Both the position numbers and the translations under genes were made by a program. The notes under the pieces are model-generated. The model worked only from the letters and a program-made list of their open reading frames with translations, did not search any database and had not been told where the DNA came from. A DNA stretch of 63,535 nt, the filler included. It is 4 parts of 4 records of this genome, joined end to end, with 100 filler letters (N's around TTAATTAATTAA, not from the genome) between each part and the next. Parts side by side here need not be neighbours in the genome. Positions count along the whole stretch, not along the records: positions 1 to 21,664 come from DRR723986_2442; 3 more parts are not named here. One strand, given 5' to 3'. Positions within the stretch are counted from its first letter, which is position 1, and each line of letters starts with the position of its first letter. Shown here piece after piece: positions 7,700 through 16,341 of the stretch.

Positions 7700-10372
7700 T
7701 TAATGTTCTACAGCCAGCAAGAATGAACGATGCAGGCCTGGAATAATCAGGTGATACATTCCGGAAGGCAAGTGGCGCACATCTGCCGAATAATTGGCGA
7801 TATGCCGTTGGGGCGATCCGTCAGCACCTGCATCAGAATCTGGCTCAACGTGTACCATCAATTGCCGTGGCGGAACGGTCATCAGAATCCGGCCCAAAAC
7901 GTCGGTAATAACAGCATCGGGCACAAAGGCGTCAACCATAACCTCAGTCAGGTCAACGTCAATTTCGAGCAGGGTACTGGCTGGGTTAGGGCTTAGAATT
8001 GCCTCACCGATTGGCGGCAAACTGAATCCGGCGGTAACCGCCGTGACGGCTACATTACAATTGCTCAGGCCTGTGAAGTTGCGTGGTGAGATTCCGCTGC
8101 ATACAATCTCAAATGCTGTGACATTGCAGTTGCCGGATACGAGCACGTCAACTTTGCTGAAGCCGAGGCGCCGCGGAGCATAACAGACTGTAAGCATGGC
8201 GCTTGCGCCCGCTGGAATCTGTTTGAGTTCGGCAGCCGAAAATTGTCCGAGAGGCAGGGAGAATGCCGCATTGCCGAATGAACGTACTGACTGCCGGTCC
8301 AGGCTGAGAATCTGATCAGATAAATTTACGACCGGGAATTCTTCACAATAGACTGAGCCGGCGGCAGCTGAGCAATCCATGAAATGCCGTCCGTTATCCA
8401 GCGTAGGGAAGGCCAGGCGATCGCCCGTGACATTAATGAATATCGTTTCTGAGCGGACGATACAGCCGGGGCCGCTACCAACTTCCAAATAGACCGACGA
8501 GGACTCTTTAACAACTAAAATTGGGTCGTTGGAGACCAGTTGGTCGTCCACGTACCATGCGTAATTATCGTAGAGTGTGGCTACACTCAGTACAAGGGAG
8601 TCGCCCGAACCTTCACAAAGTGTAAAAGAAGGCGTGTCGTCAATCAGATTAGGCACCGGCGGCGGACTAAAGACCTGCAGCGTAAAGGGGCTGGTCGTGG
8701 CCACGCAGCCGCCGGCATCAACAAGTTCCACGGTGTATTCCGTACTGACTGTGGGGCTGACTTCGATTGTACTCGTTACTGCGCCATTGCTCCAGAGGTA
8801 GGATTCGAAGTCTTCGTCTACGCCCAGTTCAATGGTCTCGCCAAGGCAGATGCCGTCCTTGGGAGCTGTGATACTGGGTTCAGGCAGGATGCGGAAGTCG
8901 ATAACACCGCCGAACTGCGTTTCGTTGCCCAGTGCATTCACTATGCGAATGTCATAAGCATTGGGCTCGCGAGCTTCCCCAAGCGTGACTGTTACGGTCA
9001 CTTTGGTGCTCAGGATTGTGTCGGTTGACAAATTGACGTTGGCCGTTACCTCATTGGCAATTTGGACCACATTGTTGGGGTCTGCTACGCAGAACGTGAG
9101 GCTGGTACAGGTTTCAACAATGTTGTAGACTACGGGCGCCCGGTTGGATTCATCTTCTTCCAGGATTTCCACGGAGGCTAGGTTTGACGATTCGCGAAAC
9201 CCGCCAATCAATACAGCCCGGGCATTTGTTACGGCACCATTGCCGTCGCGCTCTGGAATCGAGACGCCAATGCCATAACGGCGTGCCATGCGGAGTCTTG
9301 GCCCTGGAACGTAAGTCCAGTTGCCGTCCTGCAAGTCAAAGTAGTCTGTCTGGGCAAGTGTGGCGCCGGCCTGATTACGGCCACCTGTAATCAGGATGCG
9401 CTGGTCATTTAGTTGGATCATTGAGTGCAGGGTGCGCTCAACGGGCATGTTTGCGACGGTTTGCGGCGTCAGGTCTGCGTTGATGCTGACGAGGTCTGTG
9501 CGGAAGCTGATCGGAGTTTCGTTGCGTACTCCGCCGCTGACGAGGACTTCACCAGACCAGAGTTCCAGAACCTGCGGCAGATAGGCGCCCTGCGCATCGT
9601 CCCAGAATTGTAGCGGTGAGGTTTCCCAGTTTGTGCCGCCGTTAAAGCGAATGATCTGGCCAGAGCGCAGGCTTCCAGGTCCACCTGTGCGGCCACCGAC
9701 GATTATTGGGCGGTCGTTGCCGGGCCGGGCCATCACTCCGCCGACTACCGGGGAGCCGATCTGATCGCGCACGACGATCGTTCTGCCGGGAATGTCAAAA
9801 ACTTCAAATGAATTGACAACCGTTTGGCCGGCAATCCTGCCGCCGACGATTACTATTTGTTCTGAGTTGAGTAGTTCGGCATGACAGGCTGAGCGTGCCT
9901 GCTCTAAACTTCCGATTTCGGTCCAGCTTTGATCTGCGATGCTGTAGCGTTCGATGGAGGCACTTTTCTGGCCGTCAGTGTCGGTCACTCCGCCAATCAC
10001 AACGATATCGCCGTCGGGCAAGGTGAGCGCAGCAAACTCGGCACGAGGCACGTTCATTCGCGGCCCAACGATGATGCGGCGCCGTTCCAGGTCAATTATT
10101 TCACAGGAGCTAAGAGGTGTACCTGAGCTGGAAGCAACTGAGTTGCCGTAGCCGCCGATGACGAGGATCTGATTTTCGGAGATGGGGAAGGCAGCGTGGT
10201 TGTGGCGTGCGCTGCTCAGTTCACCAAAAATTTGCCAATTCTGGGCACAAAGGGGTGCTGCGACGTAGTTGCTCAGGGCAAACGTCAAAAGGATAACAAG
10301 CGTTGTTTGTCGAGTTCGACCGCAATGTAGACCCTTCACCGTCGCGTCGTCTGCCCCAGATTGCCTTAACAA
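7700..10372 (-). CDS. T9SS cargo protein: Kelch propeller, Ig-like domains, type A CTD (start uncertain)
   Basis: Kelch repeats (ARHNHAA..ILVIGG, RAEFAA..VVIGG); YLWSNG Ig-like repeats; CTD LSPNPA...DVLGR...LPSGMYHL. Confidence 0.8.
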   Translation of the reverse strand: MLRQSGADDATVKGLHCGRTRQTTLVILLTFALSNYVAAPLCAQNWQIFGELSSARHNHAAFPISENQILVIGGYGNSVASSSGTPLSSCEIIDLERRRIIVGPRMNVPRAEFAALTLPDGDIVVIGGVTDTDGQKSASIERYSIADQSWTEIGSLEQARSACHAELLNSEQIVIVGGRIAGQTVVNSFEVFDIPGRTIVVRDQIGSPVVGGVMARPGNDRPIIVGGRTGGPGSLRSGQIIRFNGGTNWETSPLQFWDDAQGAYLPQVLELWSGEVLVSGGVRNETPISFRTDLVSINADLTPQTVANMPVERTLHSMIQLNDQRILITGGRNQAGATLAQTDYFDLQDGNWTYVPGPRLRMARRYGIGVSIPERDGNGAVTNARAVLIGGFRESSNLASVEILEEDESNRAPVVYNIVETCTSLTFCVADPNNVVQIANEVTANVNLSTDTILSTKVTVTVTLGEAREPNAYDIRIVNALGNETQFGGVIDFRILPEPSITAPKDGICLGETIELGVDEDFESYLWSNGAVTSTIEVSPTVSTEYTVELVDAGGCVATTSPFTLQVFSPPPVPNLIDDTPSFTLCEGSGDSLVLSVATLYDNYAWYVDDQLVSNDPILVVKESSSVYLEVGSGPGCIVRSETIFINVTGDRLAFPTLDNGRHFMDCSAAAGSVYCEEFPVVNLSDQILSLDRQSVRSFGNAAFSLPLGQFSAAELKQIPAGASAMLTVCYAPRRLGFSKVDVLVSGNCNVTAFEIVCSGISPRNFTGLSNCNVAVTAVTAGFSLPPIGEAILSPNPASTLLEIDVDLTEVMVDAFVPDAVITDVLGRILMTVPPRQLMVHVEPDSDAGADGSPQRHIANYSADVRHLPSGMYHLIIPGLHRSFLLAVEH

Positions 10373-10412
10373 TTATTTACAGTATGTTAATATAGGAAAT
10401 AACAGCCGGATA

Positions 10413-11204
10413 TTAACCAGCATTTGTATTCGGGGCGGCTTGTAATTCTTCAAATCGCGATGAAAGACTATCCAGTGTAGCGTGATCGGTCAATTCAAAT
10501 TTGATGGGAGTCACTGCTACATAACCATCGGCGACGGCACCGTCGTCGGAGTTATGCTCACCTTCTGGCACGACGTAGGTACCGTGAATCCAGTAGTATT
10601 TGCGTTTCATGGGGTCGGTGCGGACCTCATATCTGTCATTCCAGAAGCCGCGGCTCAGGGGCACAAAACGAATGCCTTTGATTTCTTCCAGCGGAAGTTT
10701 GGGGACGTTGACATTCAGGATTGTTCCCTTGGGAATCTCCAGGTTTAGCGCCTGGCGCGCGATAATTCCAGCATAGTGTGCTGCGGCACTGCAGTCCGAA
10801 TCCGGTGCAAAATCGTTGAGCGAAACGGCAATCGACGGCACACCCATGATCATGCCTTCCGTAGCGGCGGAAACCGTGCCGGAGTAGACCACATTGACAG
10901 CCGTGTTGGCGCCGTGATTTATCCCGGAAACAATCAGATCGGGTTTTTCGGGCAGCAGCGTCGTCAGGCCCAATTTGATGCAGTCGGCCGGTGTGCCTGA
11001 AATTGCATAACCGAACATTTCACCATCGCGATGGAAGGGCGTGGCGCGCAGAGGATCGGCGACCGTCAGAGCATGCCCAACGGCACTTTGCTGACGGTCC
11101 GGCGCGATAACGGTCACACGCGCGAACTTGCGCAGTTCATGCACCAGAGCGTGGATGCCTATCGAATCTATACCATCATCGTTAGTTACGAGTATGTGCA
11201 TCAT
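10413..11204 (-). CDS. surE: 5'/3'-nucleotidase SurE
   Basis: ILVTNDDG, GTPADC, SGINHGAN, YSGTVSAA motifs. Confidence 0.97.
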   Translation of the reverse strand: MMHILVTNDDGIDSIGIHALVHELRKFARVTVIAPDRQQSAVGHALTVADPLRATPFHRDGEMFGYAISGTPADCIKLGLTTLLPEKPDLIVSGINHGANTAVNVVYSGTVSAATEGMIMGVPSIAVSLNDFAPDSDCSAAAHYAGIIARQALNLEIPKGTILNVNVPKLPLEEIKGIRFVPLSRGFWNDRYEVRTDPMKRKYYWIHGTYVVPEGEHNSDDGAVADGYVAVTPIKFELTDHATLDSLSSRFEELQAAPNTNAG

Positions 11205-11248
11205 ATTCTGCTGTGCTTACCTGAATTGCCAAAAAAGAGAAGCGCTCA

Positions 11249-12634
11249 TCAGAAGATGCGCATGAGATCGAGCCCAAAGACGATAAGCATCAAGAGCAGC
11301 ATGATAATGAGGCCGCCATACTGCACGTAGACCTTAAACTTCGTCGGCAGCTCGCGGCGCATAACACCTTCAACTATTATGATGACCAGGTGCCCGCCAT
11401 CCAGCGCCGGAATCGGCAGGATGTTGATGAGTGCCAGGATCACGGACAATGAGGCCATGAAACCCAGGAAGCTGTTAAGGTCACCCCAGAGTAGTTGCAT
11501 GCCGGACTGTTTGGCAATCTCGATAGGTCCGCCAATGGCGTCACTGGCAGCCACTTTGCCCCGGAAAATTTGCGCAAAGGTGTTGATGAAACCCATCAGG
11601 ATTTTGGATGATTCATCCCAACCGTAAGACATTGCTTCAGCAAAGCCGAATTCGCGTGGGATACCGTTGAATTCTTCGCTGAGCTGAATGCCAATCGTGC
11701 CACCTTCGCTCAGTTCAACGGTGCCCTGTAATGTTTGGCCGTCGCGTACCCAGGTGACGGCAACAGTTTCGCCAGGGCGTGCCGACACGTAGTTAATCAG
11801 CTGGGTGACCGAGAAGATTGGAACATCATTGACTTTTTGGATCGTATCACCGGTAGCCAGACCAAGTTCTTTGGCGCGGTCTGACATGACGTCCGCAACG
11901 TAAGTGCGGCTGCGGTTGTTGACCAGGCCGGGAAATTTGCGTTCTTCCTTGATAAAGCCATAGAGTGGTTCGGCCGGCAAAGTAATCTCGCGGCGCTGCC
12001 CTTCGCGAATCAGGCGGACGGTTTTGTCGTCGCCGATATCGGTCAGGAACAGGTGTTCCATCAGTTCGTCCCAATTGGCAACTTCAGTACCTTCAACCGT
12101 CAGAATCTGATCGCCTGTGCGCAAACCAGCGGCCTCCGCCGATGAACCGGCAACCACGTAACCTACGCCCGTTGTTGGGTTCGTCTCTACGCCGTCGTTG
12201 AGTGCAATGAAGGAGTAGATGAAAACGGCCAGAAACCAATTGAGAATCACACCGGCTGTAATGAACATAGCTTTGGCCCAGGCACCCTTGGAGCGGAACT
12301 CATAGGGCTGAGGCTCTGAAGACACGTGATCGGTATCCATACTCTCATCAATCATGCCCGGCACTTTAACGTACCCACCAATAGGCAGAATGGCGACGCG
12401 GTAGTCAGTGTTGTCACCGCCATCCCAGTCGGGAGCCAGATCTCCAAAGGTGAAACCGGTCAACTTGTTGTAGCCAAACAGGCGTTTTCCCATTCCGATT
12501 GAGAACACTTCAACGCGCATTCCGGCCATGCGTGCCGCAATAAAGTGGCCAAATTCGTGGATTGTAACCAGTACACCGATTACAATCGCAAAGCCGATAA
12601 CAGAGCCGAGGATTAGAGGTATGTTTATATCCAT
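11249..12634 (-). CDS. rseP: RIP metalloprotease RseP
   Basis: HEFGH zinc motif, PDZ domains, NILPIPALDGG; adjacent to dxr. Confidence 0.95.
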   Translation of the reverse strand: MDINIPLILGSVIGFAIVIGVLVTIHEFGHFIAARMAGMRVEVFSIGMGKRLFGYNKLTGFTFGDLAPDWDGGDNTDYRVAILPIGGYVKVPGMIDESMDTDHVSSEPQPYEFRSKGAWAKAMFITAGVILNWFLAVFIYSFIALNDGVETNPTTGVGYVVAGSSAEAAGLRTGDQILTVEGTEVANWDELMEHLFLTDIGDDKTVRLIREGQRREITLPAEPLYGFIKEERKFPGLVNNRSRTYVADVMSDRAKELGLATGDTIQKVNDVPIFSVTQLINYVSARPGETVAVTWVRDGQTLQGTVELSEGGTIGIQLSEEFNGIPREFGFAEAMSYGWDESSKILMGFINTFAQIFRGKVAASDAIGGPIEIAKQSGMQLLWGDLNSFLGFMASLSVILALINILPIPALDGGHLVIIIVEGVMRRELPTKFKVYVQYGGLIIMLLLMLIVFGLDLMRIF

Positions 12635-12701
12635 AATGTCGTTGGGTGCAGATGTTGCAATCAGCTAATGCCAGGATGCATGGCTGTTTGCTATTGAAAG
12701 A

Positions 12702-13877
12702 TCACTCATTGATGTGAGATAGAACAAGCTTGCGCGTTGCCGCATCTACGGCAAAGATATCGTCAAGTGACGGATCGGCAATATTATCAATTTTACCGAG
12801 CGCAATTTCCACCAGTCGTGGAATGTCCATAAAGGCAATTTTTTCATCCAGGAATGCAGCTACGGCAATCTCGTTAGCTGCATTAACAATTGCGGTGGCC
12901 ATACCACCTTCAGCCAGAGCGTCAAAGGCCAGGCGCAGACAGGGGAATTTGTTGAGGTCGGGCGCCTCAAAACTCAAATCACCAAGTTTGTCCAGCTGCA
13001 TGCGCTCAAATTTTGTTGTTACGCGCTGCGGAGCCGTCAGGGCATAGATGATAGGCAGCTTCATATCCGGCAGGCCCATCTGAGCTTTGACCGAACCATC
13101 GATGAATTGCACCATGGAGTGCACGATGCTTTGTGGGTGCACCAGAACATCGATGTCGGCGGCTTGAACATCAAAGAGCCAGCGTGCTTCAATGACTTCA
13201 AAACCTTTGTTCATCATTGTGGCTGAATCGATCGTAATCTTGGCGCCCATGGCCCAGTTGGGATGTTTAAGCGCCTGCGCGCGCGTCACTGACTTTAGGT
13301 CTTCCAGGCTGTGACGCCGGAACGGCCCACCGCTGGCCGTCAGGATTAACTTTTCAATTGTTGCAGACTCTTCGCCCACCAGACATTGATAAAGTGCACT
13401 GTGTTCACTATCCACAGGGTACATCTTAACGCCGTGTTTTCTGGCGGCCTGCATCATGGGCGCGCCGGCACTCACAAGTGTTTCCTTGTTGGCCAGGGCA
13501 ATGTCACAGCCCGCCTGCATTGCGGCCATCGTTGGACGTACACCACTAAAACCTACAAGCGCTGACATCAGGATATCATTGTCGGCATCGGCGGCGGCTT
13601 CCACAAGGGCTTGACTGCCCGCTAAAATGCGCCCTTTGTAGCGCGTGTGCGCTTTGAATGTTTCTGCAGCTTGCTGATTGGCTATTACGATGCCGGCAGG
13701 TGCAAACTCAAGCGCCTGTTCTTCCAGGAGGTCAATGCGCTGATTGGTCGTCAGCCAATTAATTCGAACCAGGTCCGGGTGATCGCGAACCACGTCCAGC
13801 GTCTGGGTGCCGATTGACCCCGTCGAACCCAGTATACTTAGTGTTTTTGTTCGCCCGGTGGGCGAGGGATCGGGCAT
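12702..13877 (-). CDS. dxr: 1-deoxy-D-xylulose-5-phosphate reductoisomerase
   Basis: LGSTGSIG, LANKE, PVDSEH, TASGGPF, HPNWAMGAKITIDSATMMNKG. Confidence 0.98.
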   Translation of the reverse strand: MPDPSPTGRTKTLSILGSTGSIGTQTLDVVRDHPDLVRINWLTTNQRIDLLEEQALEFAPAGIVIANQQAAETFKAHTRYKGRILAGSQALVEAAADADNDILMSALVGFSGVRPTMAAMQAGCDIALANKETLVSAGAPMMQAARKHGVKMYPVDSEHSALYQCLVGEESATIEKLILTASGGPFRRHSLEDLKSVTRAQALKHPNWAMGAKITIDSATMMNKGFEVIEARWLFDVQAADIDVLVHPQSIVHSMVQFIDGSVKAQMGLPDMKLPIIYALTAPQRVTTKFERMQLDKLGDLSFEAPDLNKFPCLRLAFDALAEGGMATAIVNAANEIAVAAFLDEKIAFMDIPRLVEIALGKIDNIADPSLDDIFAVDAATRKLVLSHINE

Positions 13878-13907
13878 GCTGTTAACTGCTTTCCGAAAAT
13901 TGAACTA

Positions 13908-13933
13908 TTGGACTGATCGGTTGGACTGATCGA
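13908..13933. repeat. Two tandem 13-bp repeats
   Basis: TTGGACTGATCGG TTGGACTGATCGA between rng and dxr. Confidence 0.7.
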
Positions 13934-13947
13934 TTCCGGGGACTCAA

Positions 13948-15612
13948 TCAAGTGAACTTGCGTGAAATCTCCTTTTGGCGCTTGACCGAGTAGAATTGAA
14001 ACTCGTCATACGCGAAGTTCTCGTTTGTTCGCAGGGTAATCTGCACGAAGTATTTGACGCGCAGGCGCATGAGCTTGGAGAACATTCCCTCCAGCAGCGC
14101 AAAACCGATCATCGGGCTGACTGTCAGTTCCAGTCTGAACTCTTTGGATTCGGCGCGGAAGCGTTGCAGCCAGTGTTCAATCTGGTTGATGATGACGTAT
14201 TTGGAGGGCACTGTGCCCGCACCTTTGCAGGTGGTACATGGCTCCGTTATCACCTGCATGATTGAGTTGCGCACACGCTGACGTGTAATTTGCAGCAGCC
14301 CGAGCTGGGTAAGTGGGAACACTACCGATTTGGCGCTGTCCTTACGCAGTTCTTTCTTCATCTCTTCATAGATGCGCTTTTTATTGCGGTCATCCAGTTG
14401 ATCGATAAAGTCAATCACGATCATTCCACCAATATCGCGCAGGCGCACCTGACGTGCAATTTCCCGCAGAGCTTCCATATTAGTTTTGAGTGAGTTGACT
14501 TCCTGTTCACGCGCTTCAGCATAACGGCCGCTGTTAACATCGATAATCACCATCGCTTCGGTGTGGTCAAAGACCACGGAGCCGCCGCTGGGCAATTTGA
14601 TTTGGCGACTGTAGGTGTTTTCCACATCGCGCGTTATGGCACAATGGTCAAAAATCGGTGCCGGTCCGGCGTGATATTCCAGGCAGTCGGCCAGCTTGGG
14701 AGCGGCCCACTCCATGTAGTCTTTCAGGTCTTTGTACAGCTTTTTGCTGTCCACCAGTACACGTGTGACTTCTGAGTTGAGTTGATCGCGGATCAGGCTG
14801 CGGACCAGATTGGCGTCTGTGTACAGCAGGTAGGGCGGGCGCTGAGTCTTGATTTTGTGCTCAATGTCGTGCCACTGTTCCAGCAGAACTTCCAGATCCT
14901 TGCGCAGCGCCTCTTCGCTCTGGTCTTCAGCTTCGGTGCGCACGATGCAGCCTGTAATCGGCGGCAACATGGATTTGACGATGCGGCGCAGGCGGCGGCG
15001 TTCCCGCACCTGATGAATTTTTTTGGATACGCCGATAACCGGCGCAAAAGGCGAGAGGACCAGGTAGCGGCCCGGCAGGGTTATCTTGGTCGTTATGCGC
15101 AGGCCTTTTTTGTCGTAGGCTTCGCGAATCGCCTGCACCACAACGTTCTGGCCTTCTTCCAGACTTATCTTGACTTCGCCGGAGCGTTTGGTCGAGAATG
15201 TCGGCAGCGACGAGATGTCGCGTCCAGAGCGTTTTTTGAGGCGCAGAGCCACTGCAACTTCTTCGGAAAGATCCTTGTAGTCGGACACGCCGTTTTCGCC
15301 ATGGCCGCCAACGGCTTCCATCTCCATGTCGTCATCATCATGGTCATCGTCGGAATCATCAAGATCGTCAAGATGTTCTTCCAAAGACTCAGATACGTCG
15401 GAGAAGTGCAGGAAAGCGTCCTGTTTCATGCCGATGTCAATGAAGGAGGCGTTCATGCCCTGCACGATGCGTTTAACACGGCCAAGGTAAAGGTTGCCGA
15501 TATGGCGTTCGTTGTCCGGCAGTTCCCAGAGCAACTCTACAAGGCGTCCGTTTTCGGTGATTGCCACTCGAATTTCATCGAGTGTCGAATTGATGATAAT
15601 TTCTCGTTTCAT
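13948..15612 (-). CDS. rng: Rne/Rng family ribonuclease (RNase G-like)
   Basis: GNLYLGRV S1 domain, IDVNSG, LRDIGGMIVIDFID, CTTCKG Zn-link. Start taken at the ATG of MKREIIIN. Confidence 0.93.
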   Translation of the reverse strand: MKREIIINSTLDEIRVAITENGRLVELLWELPDNERHIGNLYLGRVKRIVQGMNASFIDIGMKQDAFLHFSDVSESLEEHLDDLDDSDDDHDDDDMEMEAVGGHGENGVSDYKDLSEEVAVALRLKKRSGRDISSLPTFSTKRSGEVKISLEEGQNVVVQAIREAYDKKGLRITTKITLPGRYLVLSPFAPVIGVSKKIHQVRERRRLRRIVKSMLPPITGCIVRTEAEDQSEEALRKDLEVLLEQWHDIEHKIKTQRPPYLLYTDANLVRSLIRDQLNSEVTRVLVDSKKLYKDLKDYMEWAAPKLADCLEYHAGPAPIFDHCAITRDVENTYSRQIKLPSGGSVVFDHTEAMVIIDVNSGRYAEAREQEVNSLKTNMEALREIARQVRLRDIGGMIVIDFIDQLDDRNKKRIYEEMKKELRKDSAKSVVFPLTQLGLLQITRQRVRNSIMQVITEPCTTCKGAGTVPSKYVIINQIEHWLQRFRAESKEFRLELTVSPMIGFALLEGMFSKLMRLRVKYFVQITLRTNENFAYDEFQFYSVKRQKEISRKFT

Positions 15613-15880
15613 GTACCACGTTTCAATTCCCGGCACTTGAACCGGGTGAACGCAATCGATGCATGCGGACTTATGTGATGTGCGCCACTATTGAGCTCGA
15701 TTGGCGCAAACATCACCTTCTGATTTCAGAGCCTGGCGCAAATGTGGTTGGGCGGCGGAACTGCGAAAGTGTTCCAGGTGATCGCCGCTATGGCGCTGCT
15801 CTTTATTTAGGGTATTCTCAGGAAAACTACAGGCCGACGCCGGAATTTGTACCGTCTGGTCGGCCTGATCAAAAATAAAA

Positions 15881-15980
15881 GAGACCAAGCGATCCGCGGC
15901 GCTCCTCGTACAAGCCCCCCGCTGCTTCCTTCCGGATCTGACGGATTAGAGCCTAACCAGGCCGCGCGGGACTTGGCCTC
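15881..15980 (-). ncRNA. ffs: Small SRP RNA (4.5S)
   Basis: Minus strand contains the helix-8 signature CCGTCAGATCCGGAAGGAAGCAGCGG, with pairing ends GAGGCCAAG...CTTGGTCTC; about 100 nt, followed by a T-tract. Confidence 0.93.
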
Positions 15981-16026
15981 AAACTTTCTGTTGAGATTTG
16001 CCCGTGCATCGATTAGCAAAGAATTA

Positions 16027-16034
16027 CAAAGATA
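16027..16034 (-). promoter_or_regulatory. Bacteroidota-type -7 promoter element for ffs
   Basis: TATCTTTG matches TAnnTTTG and lies upstream of ffs. Confidence 0.6.
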
Positions 16035-16112
16035 CGGCGAGATTGAGTCAATTGCAATACCGTTTGCAAAAACGTTTTACAATCTTCATTTTTTATTCCG
16101 CTGGGAAAACTC

Positions 16113-16120
16113 TAATTTTG
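16113..16120 (+). promoter_or_regulatory. Bacteroidota-type -7 promoter element for tRNA-Arg
   Basis: TAATTTTG matches TAnnTTTG, 14 nt before the tRNA. Confidence 0.6.
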
Positions 16121-16134
16121 CCGCTCAGTACGAT

Positions 16135-16208
16135 GCGCTCGTAGCTCAGCTGGATAGAGCAACAGACTTCTAATCTGTCGGTCATAGGTTCGAATCCTAT
16201 CGAGCGTA
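16135..16208 (+). tRNA. tRNA-Arg (anticodon TCT); CCA not encoded
   Basis: Acceptor GCGCTCG/CGAGCGT, D arm GCTCAGCTGGATAGAGC, anticodon arm ACAGA-CTTCTAA-TCTGT, T arm ATAGG-TTCGAAT-CCTAT. Confidence 0.97.
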
Positions 16209-16220
16209 CTGCAAAACGTC

Positions 16221-16261
16221 CAAAACCCATGTGCCTGTTAATCACAGCCATATGGGTTTTG
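16221..16261. terminator. Hairpin, probably a bidirectional terminator between the tRNA and the convergent T9SS gene
   Basis: CAAAACCCATGTG...CATATGGGTTTTG. Confidence 0.6.
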
Positions 16262-16341
16262 TGCGTTTAGAACTCTCACCACTCTCCAATGAATCCTTTA
16301 CCCGGCAAAGAAAACTTAAACTACCAGCTCCCACCGCTACA

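Noticed and set aside
15660..15980. RNase P RNA or tmRNA
   Set aside because: No GAGGAAAGTCC P4 signature or tRNA-like ends; the recognisable signature is SRP helix 8.
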